Assembly: GCA_051294905.1 (NCBI GenBank) | Contig: CM119371.1 | Location: 17,176,001 to 17,240,000 of the forward strand | Length of the DNA: 64,000 bases | From: Botryllus schlosseri | Lineage: Eukaryota | Reading direction: 5' to 3' | Part shown: piece after piece, positions 55,681-64,000 of the stretch | How positions within the stretch are numbered: position 1 is the stretch's first letter | Layout of the letters: the number at the start of each line of letters is the position of its first letter | Notes under the pieces: model-generated | What the model was told of the DNA's origin: nothing | What the model saw: the letters and a program-made list of their open reading frames with translations, nothing else | The model's database searches: none | Made by a program: the position numbers and the translations under genes

Positions 55681-58600
55681 TTGGATTACATTATCTAATC
55701 GTAATCGAACTCGAGATTCGCACACACACAGAGTCCCTGTTTACGATTTCAATCCGGAGTCACTGCTCACGATGTTTATCTGTAGTCGTTATGTGGGAGT
55801 AGCGACATCTCACATATTCATCGCGTGAAAGATTGATAACGATGGTGATCGCCAAATACATTACACCAGGTGAAACACTGCGGTCTCAGCAAAAAAAAAA
55901 ATTCGCAGGTTAGGACGAACAATACGCGGAGGGATTGAGCGAGTTACGCAACCCGATTGTGTCGAAGTCTGGATCACGATACAAGTCTACCTGAGAATCC
56001 GAACAATCTTGCAAAATCAAGGTGTGAATCCGTGAAAGGGCTGTACTCGGGTGAGATTGATTTTTCACAAGTTGGGTGGAGGTCGGTTCAAACTAAGACC
56101 ATGTTACGTCCAAATATGGCTGCTTGTCTCTCTCAAAGTCATCTATGCCCACATTGAATGTACAGAGTCGTCGCATGATGAGACTTGAGAACATGAATTT
56201 GTTTTCCATGATGTTGGTACACCGACAAATTGTATGTACACCTCGTCTACGTGAATACTTGTGAACAATCGTGACGTACTTGATGTGATGGTGTATGCAT
56301 TGGTATTTTTCATGGAGACAAAACACGGTCTGTAACATGTTTACTTGAATATTGGTCGTTGGTTCATGAGTGAATATCCGGATCAGGCCCCCACACACTT
56401 TCTCGTATTAGTGATCCGGTTTCAGCTGACTGGAGCGACATGTATTGATCAGTAAAGACACAATATAGTAAACAGACCTGAGGAAACTCACAAGTAACCC
56501 GGAGTTGTCGGCGCGATGGGGAACATAAATTCATCCGTTTTCCGAACACCATTATCCGTGTATCAACCAGCTACCAAAGTCGAGGAGGTGTTTTATTCAG
56601 ACATTTTGACTCTGGAAAATCTAAAGCACGAACCCGGACATCACGGACATATCGGAAACCCCTTTATTCACCAATTCCGAAAACATACATGTCGATGTAC
56701 AACAGCACATTGTTATTGTATGTGAGTAACCAATTATTTTGATGGATGCATCAGAGCAACTGAATATTTGATTACACAAATGTATGGAGTCGTTGCTGGT
56801 GTATATTTTGTCACCGTTTGTTGTAACAATATACAAAAAATATCAAATTGTCCGGTGTGTGTGTCAGTTTTCAAAACGAAAATGGTATTATTACCTAGCG
56901 AAAAGATAGATTTCCAAGTGAAAACGGTATTGGTACTCAGGTGAATGACAGTTTTCCAAGCGAAAAGGATTTGTTACCCAGGGAGAAAATATATTTCCAA
57001 AAGAAAATGATTAGTTACTCTAGGTAAAAGTATTTTTCCAAGTGAAAATGGTTTGTTAGCATGGGTAAACGCCAGATCTCCAAAGGAAAATGATATTTTT
57101 ACTCAGGTAAACGGTGGACTACCAAGTGAAAATGGTTTGTTGCTGTAGGATAAAAATATATTTCCAAGTGAAAAAGGTTTGTTGCTCAAAGAAAAAATAT
57201 ATTTCCAAGTGAAAAAGGTTTGTTACCCAGAGAAAAAATATATGTCCAAGTGAAAAAGGTTTGTTACCCAGGGAAAAAATATATTTCCAAGTGAAAAAGG
57301 TTTGTTATCCGGGGAAAAATATATTTCCAAGTGAAAAAGGTTTGTTATCCGGGAAAAAAATATATTTCCAAGTGAAAAAAGGTTTGTTACCCAGGGAAAA
57401 AAAATAGATTTCCCAATGAAAATGGTTTCTTACCCAGAGAAAAATATATTTCCAAGTGAAAAAAGGTTTGTTAGCCGAGGAAAAAAAATATTTACGAGGG
57501 AAAATGGTTTCTTACTCTGGGTAAACGGCAGATCTCCAAAGGAAAATAATATGTTTAGTCAGGTAAACGATGGACTGGCAAGTGAAAGTGGTAATTTTAC
57601 ATAGGTAAACGTCGTGGGTTCAGTGTCGTTGGTCTTGTTAAACGTTATTGCTTGACGTTGGTATACTATTACGAGTGTGAAAAGGCTATGCACGTCTTGT
57701 GCGGCGTATCGCGACAGTGAACATATTTTTGGTGTGACGAAACAAGATCGTTGTTTACATGTTAATGCATATCGATTACCGAGTAGCTGTACAACAGAGA
57801 GGAGTCTACAGTTAGTTCGTGCTGTATGACCCGACGAAAACCACAACGAAGACCACTTATGAATCGATTCGAAACATTTCAACCCTTCTTACATTTAGTC
57901 AATTCGAGTCAATTGTAATACGGATCCTCCAAGTATGACACACACACCTACACACTAATATCGTAAACACTCAACTTGATGACATTGATATAGTGTTACT
58001 AAAAACAATTATAAAATATTTGTAAAACTAAATCGGAATTCATGTCGTAGCAGGTTTCTTGAACTCGTGCTTGATGAAAAACGATTGGCGACAAGTATGC
58101 GTTTGTGTTTGAGTGAAAAATAATTATTTAGAGTAGTGACATTTTGCGACCAACGAATGCAAATCGATCATGATATTACAATATACGCTTTCGTCAACAT
58201 AACGACTTGGCGCAGGAGAAACACTTTCATGTTTTTTCAATAACTGGATTCTCGAGACTTGTTACTTGTACCATGTACCGTTGGTGACTATAACGGCCAT
58301 TTTGTATGATAGTACGTTTAGCTGTTTTGTTGTTAGGGTAATCACTTGATGACCCAGCACTTTTTGTTAGCAAAGTAGATTGATTTGTGTGTAAGATGTA
58401 AGCACCGTAACTAGAAAACATATGTACTCTGTTGTTGGAGTAGCTGATTTATTGCTATGACACGGACATATCCTGAAACCTTGGTTGGTTTGTTGTCTTA
58501 CGAAAGATGAGGTGACCTCGGTGTCGTAAATTGTGTTAACTAAAACCGGATGGATACCACAATTGTGCTGGACTTACACATGGTATTCGCATACTGCACG

Positions 58601-59342
58601 CATACAAACTTTTGTGTAACCAACTCTGATGTTTCTGTTGGTACTAGTGCTGTGTTGAACTATTTGGTTCTTAAGACACATGAACACCCATTCAGACAAT
58701 AAAGGTCTTGTGATATCGAAACAGTTTGTAGAGTCTAACCACCCATTCTTTAGTTTCGTAATGCGAGAATATCGAGTAAAGGTAATTACTTTGTGTTAAT
58801 ATCCTTCGTACTTTTGTAAGAGTTGTGGGGTAACATACAAAGTAACTAGTTGACACAAACAAAATATTGAATGACTGCTGACGCATTGAGTTCATAATCC
58901 AAGAGGGTGAAATTTGTTTACTGTTAAACTAACATAACTCGTATCCAGCGAAACAGATACAATCCGGTGGTGTGATGTTGGTCAATATCCATTTTGTAAA
59001 GATTGAGTAAATCCTCTTCTGTCAGGTGGGTGTGGTTCAAATCAATAGCATGTTACACATAAACATCATTTGTATTGACGGTGATATTGTTGAGTGATGA
59101 TGCCGCAACAACACAACAAGTATTATTTTGTATCGTGTGTTTGTGCTTTAGGAATAGCGAAGTGTGTGATATTTTGGATATCTGTGTTCGGTTGAAACTA
59201 GGGTTGTCCATGGGTCTTGTGTTGGGTAAATCAGAACTATGTCTAGAATTCAAGCACGTCCAAGTAACGTCTTTTAGTGACAGAGTATTGTGATGACATT
59301 TACTTTAGCGAATGACAACGGAAAAATTTCCAATTTCTCTGA

Positions 59343-59377
<35 letters not shown>

Positions 59378-62300
59378 ACAAATAATTCCAGTACACCTAA
59401 CTATAGGACACATTTAGTAAACATCGTGCAAACTGTTTCTTTGTGATGTTAACGACTTTCGGCGGCTTAGTTTCATGTCGGGAATTATTATTTGAGGGTT
59501 CAAAAACAACTTCAATCAATACTAGAAATGAACAACAATGCAAAACACGTTTAGCAAATAACAGTGTAGCAAGTACTTTTTTGATATTACGAGTGTTGGG
59601 TACTAGACACTTCTAGTTGAATTGGACGCATCTAACAAACATATCACAATTTACTTTTACAATAATCAAAGTCTTAGAGTGTATAACCTCGCGATATTTT
59701 GCATTTAGCACGCACAATGGGGAGTTACTGAAATGATTAAGAATTGATCGCTAGCTTCGAGCGGTACTCGATACTCAAAGTGATATTTTCACACTCTGTA
59801 AAGTGCATATGTTTCAATTCTCTGTCGCAAATTCCGACAGTAACGACATTGATGTTAAATCCTCACCCGTGGTTATTGTAAGTGAATCCTAAACATCGCA
59901 ACAGTCGGTATGGAAATCGAACGCGTGCGTACTTTTAGATAGGTGACACTAACAAGTTTATTACACCCGTGAAATACTCTGAAACGTCGATTCGTGATTG
60001 TGTTAGCTATATTCATCTTCCATATCTGTGGACACAAAGATATCTTTGCCTTTGCCTACAACTCACTCGAAACGAATTGTCGCGGGTAATCTAGAAAAGC
60101 ACAAGTCGAAGACGAATGATTTGATTTCAATAAACTAAAAAAATTCCTTTTGTTTTGATGTTGGATTTAATACAATTTGTATGACTATACCGAATTCGAA
60201 TCCGAAAGTGCAATGTTACTTTAGTAGAAAAATTGGATGACTCGCATTTTGATATTGATAGATGTGTAGAGTAATATGACTAGTTTATAAAATCTCGGTA
60301 ATGTTTTTTTGTCATGTCTGTGATCAACAAATATGTGATCAAGTCTTACCATTCGATATTAACTTTCGCAGTCGGTGTAATTCGTTGAAGTAACAATACC
60401 GACGAGTTCAATAATATTCTCCATCGATGCATTCGAATAATCCGTCAGCTGCAAGCGGATTTAAAACTTGATGCTGTTTCGCGGTTAACTCAAGTCAGTG
60501 GTCGTGTTTGTGTTGATTTCAGGAATGATCATGACGAGTTGCCTGGGTAGATTAGTTAATGTGGTTGTAACTACGACCGTACAGAGTTGCTGACACCCCA
60601 ATATCTTTTACGCTGTAATATACGGATTTAATTGAGATAAATTAATTCTCAGTTATTGTTCAGACATTGAAATCTCGTATACTCAAAATATAATATGTCC
60701 AAGTCAAATCGTATATGCGCCGATTAGTAAATACTTTGTCTTCAGAATAGTAACAACCTTTACAATTGAATAAAAAGATAGAGCATACGAATACAACCAG
60801 GATGAATTAATGTAAATTTGTGAGTTGTAGTGATATAATCAAGTAAGTGAAACTAGATTTTTAACAATTGTTAATGTTGTGAATAATTCTTTTGAGTATG
60901 GTAAGATGTTAAAATATCTCTTTGACAAACGGAAAGCAGGATCGTGAATAGAGTTGTAATGTTACATTACTTGTTTCAAAGTATCATCTTGAAATGTGAC
61001 TGGATCAAAGTTGGTAGTCATGTTTGTCAATCCTATTTCAATTCACACTATGGCAAAGTCCAAATATTTCATTTTGGATTATCTGGATTTAACTTTAGTA
61101 CACTCCGCGAATGGATTCCGACGCCGCACTATAACATTTTTGATGATAAGGACTCGATGGTTTTCATGAAGATGTGTGTTTTTGTTAAGAGTTTGATTTC
61201 GTGTTGATAAAGACAATAACTGTATAATGCACATACTTGTGATTCTTGATTCTTGTAGAGTTATAGTTGGTATTGATTCTATAAGTGCGAAAACAGCGGC
61301 GCGGAATGTGTGAATAATTCGATGCGGCTGAAAGTCGGCGTCAGTAATATTCGGGTTACGGTCGAATCAAAAGATTTCTCAAATTAATTAGAATTGTACC
61401 GAATTAACACATTCAGATACGAATCAACTTGAGTTGTGTAGTAAGTTTCATTTCAAGTTGACAAATTGACACATTGATTGAATATTCTCATAATTCTTAG
61501 CGTGCAACTAAAGTCAGCCACTGTTCGAAGTGTCAAAACATATAGCGACCACCAGAAAGTGTCAAATTGCTGGTTTTCGAATCACCGTCTGCGACGGCTC
61601 TGTGACAAACTAATTACCGAAATATTACCTTGTGAGCGATCGGTATGTCTTTAACACCAAGTCACTAAATGGTTATACCCGAGACATTATCTTGTTAGCG
61701 ATCGCGGGATTTGCAATCTATTTTACACTTTTTTAGGTGTTAATTTACGAGTGCGGTTATTTGTTGGTCGCTTTTCGTGTCGTTGCTGAATACTGAATAC
61801 TCCTGTATGTAATAGTACTTACCGGATTAGCGGAATAATCGATACGATAGTGCGCGCTCCGAATTTCCAAACTGGACGTATTTAGTGGGTCACACAAAAC
61901 CGCCAACATCTGGTTTTCAAAATCGCACAATGCACTGCGGATTAGTGAATTTCCTGTTTAGTGATGTCTATACCCGAAAGTATGATATGCGAGAGATGTC
62001 TATACCTAAAAGTACGATTCACGACCGCACCCATAAGAACACATGGCGAATCACCACAGATCCCGTAAGAATACATGGCGCATCACCGCCGCAGCCTATA
62101 GCAAAAAAGGCGAGTCACGACCACGAGTATTTCAATACGATTCACCGCCGCAGCCTATATCCGAAAAGGCGAATCACGACCGCATCCATAAGAACACATG
62201 GCGAATCGCGGCCCCGCCATAAGAGATAAGAGGCGAATCGCCACCCCGGGTTTCCAGGCGAATCGCCACCCCGCCATAAGAACCCCTGCCACATCACGAG

Positions 62301-63237
62301 CGATCTATATAACTACTGTTGCCCGCCCCTGGCCTAGAGTCATAGTTTTACTTACTGTGTGGTAATCGCCGGCGCCAGTATGCCGATTTCTTTAAAATAT
62401 GCCCGTTATTTACTACCATTCATAACGACATGAAATTTCGTGAAGAAAATTTTCCCATTCCTTAAATCTTTCCCGGGAGCGACGAACGAAATACTTAATA
62501 GCTCTCTGTTCGCAGAGCGGCAGTGACGGATCCGGTTAGCCCGTATAGCTCTTGTGTATATTATTCCTGCCCGCGGTTCCAGGAACTTCGTGAAACACAA
62601 TGATCGAATTCGTGCATCCACGAACGAAGTTTGCGTTATTAGTATTTTTCCTCCACTATATGATTAAATAAATATTATACTGTGATAACGAAACGATTTT
62701 AAGCCCGCTTGAAACAATTCTTAACGTGATTTCGGTGAATGAAATACTACATAGTTGTGGAGAGAAAAATGGTTATTATATGCACATGCACACTGAAATC
62801 GCGATGTCAGAATATTAAATCCAATGGCGCCATCAATTTATGCCACACTTACATTATGTCCAACGATTTCACGGCTAGACATTTCAGATCGACTATACTA
62901 AGGTTAATGAGCTGCGCTGATTCCCTAATCTTTTATGATTCATTGCTGTGGTACCGTATACTTCCACGGGGATTGGATAATTAATTGCGAATATGGCTAT
63001 TTTATTGTTATTACAATACGACCTCACTAAGTACCGTGAATATACATCAAATATGATTCAGTCTGAGTTTAATACACTTTCTGTTGAGGGCATTACCAGA
63101 TATGACCTTGCTGGCTACTCAGCATTACCTTCAAGTTATTAAATACTCAAAATTATTTTGTTGCGATAAGCTGTACGTTGTCATCGTAAGCATAGCCGGG
63201 GAACACAAGACACTGTGGCTATTTGATGGTGTGAACC

Positions 63238-64000
63238 AGTGTTGGGATGACTCGAGTCACTTTATCGTAATAGAAATAGTTTGTGAATAACTGCTTGTCG
63301 CCAAACCGTATCGTAGGCTTTATTGATGTCGATGAACACTGCGATTGTGACTCGAGTCACTTTGCTAAAATGGCTTGACTTGACTTGACCTGGCGTATCA
63401 GAAATGTGGATTGACTCGTGACTCGGAGCAAAATTCACGAGTCAATTTTAATTCATCAAGTAATCGGTGTCGCTAAAAATCACTGTATCTTGCATATGTT
63501 CGGATTGTCCGCGCAACGCTGATGTAACCCGTGACAGCGATCAATCATCCAATGATCGTGCGTGTTACTGAGCCTCCATTGTTCTCTCACAAATATATTG
63601 ATAGCAAACGAAGTGATCGAAGCTGACATACTACGTTGTCGTTAACTATAGTATAGTAAAGTAATTTGATAGCAAAATGTCTATTTCTGTTTTGTGTTCT
63701 TAACTTAACCGAACCTCTTGTTATATTGAAATTGAATTCGAAAATAGTTTATATAGTCCTCAACCGTTGGCGCAAGCTCGAATTGTATCATATCAATTTG
63801 CAAAAGGGTAATGCATTGCATCTTATCAATTCGTTTCTCTATTCTCTATTTTGGCTGGTAACTATAAACTGAGGCTGTGCAATTAATTACGTGGTTTATT
63901 AGCTCTACTTATACGTGAGCGATACAGCGGCTTACTTGCGTGTATAATAAACTCTATATTCGTTCATCGGTTCCAAATCAATGACCACTCAAACTGTATT
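63238..64000. mobile_element. GACTCGAGTC-family hAT element, running off the window end
   Basis: CAGTGTTGGGATGACTCGAGTC start. Collinear with about 4089-4430 and 5090-5170. Confidence 0.75.

Larger units (their letters stand above)
48979..62317. mobile_element. Giant palindromic non-autonomous Polinton/Maverick-like element 2
   Basis: Termini AGTAGTTATATAGAT...ATCTATATAACTACT. Perfect 6-bp TSD GTTGCC. Arms 48979-55157 and 56138-62317 are nearly identical, with a 980-bp spacer. Confidence 0.88.
47417..62331. mobile_element. hAT MITE hosting giant palindrome 2
   Basis: CAAGAACGGGCAAC...GTTGCCCGCCCCTG. Perfect TSD GCCTAGAG (47409-47416, 62332-62339). Inverted homolog of 39867-41260. Confidence 0.85.

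Noticed and set aside
48979..62317. Assembly or amplification fold-back artefact
   Set aside because: The exact TSD, a restorable host MITE, unique flanks, a unique spacer and a second independent family member argue for a real insertion. Read confirmation is still advisable.
158..63872. Most short ORFs in the supplied track
   Set aside because: They overlap MITEs, simple repeats or mirrored arms and show no recognisable domains, so they are treated as chance ORFs.

Overview
AT-rich eukaryotic (invertebrate-like) DNA made almost entirely of nested transposable elements. I cannot support any intact host gene. The main feature is two related giant fold-back (palindromic) elements, at 18145-27775 (9.6 kb) and 48979-62317 (13.3 kb). 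Each has AGTAGT...ACTACT termini and a perfect 6-bp target-site duplication (TSD; AACGTA and GTTGCC), which is the Polinton/Maverick integration signature. Neither has recognisable polymerase, integrase or capsid genes. Each consists of two inverted arms (about 3.5 kb and 6.2 kb) around a short unique spacer (66 bp and 980 bp). The rest of the window holds many non-autonomous hAT elements with 8-bp TSDs, two hAT transposase relics, a frameshifted Harbinger transposase, Penelope-like retroelement relics with a variant minimal hammerhead-ribozyme motif, a tRNA-derived SINE, and a Mutator-like element carrying telomere-like repeats. All calls were made by eye, without database searches.
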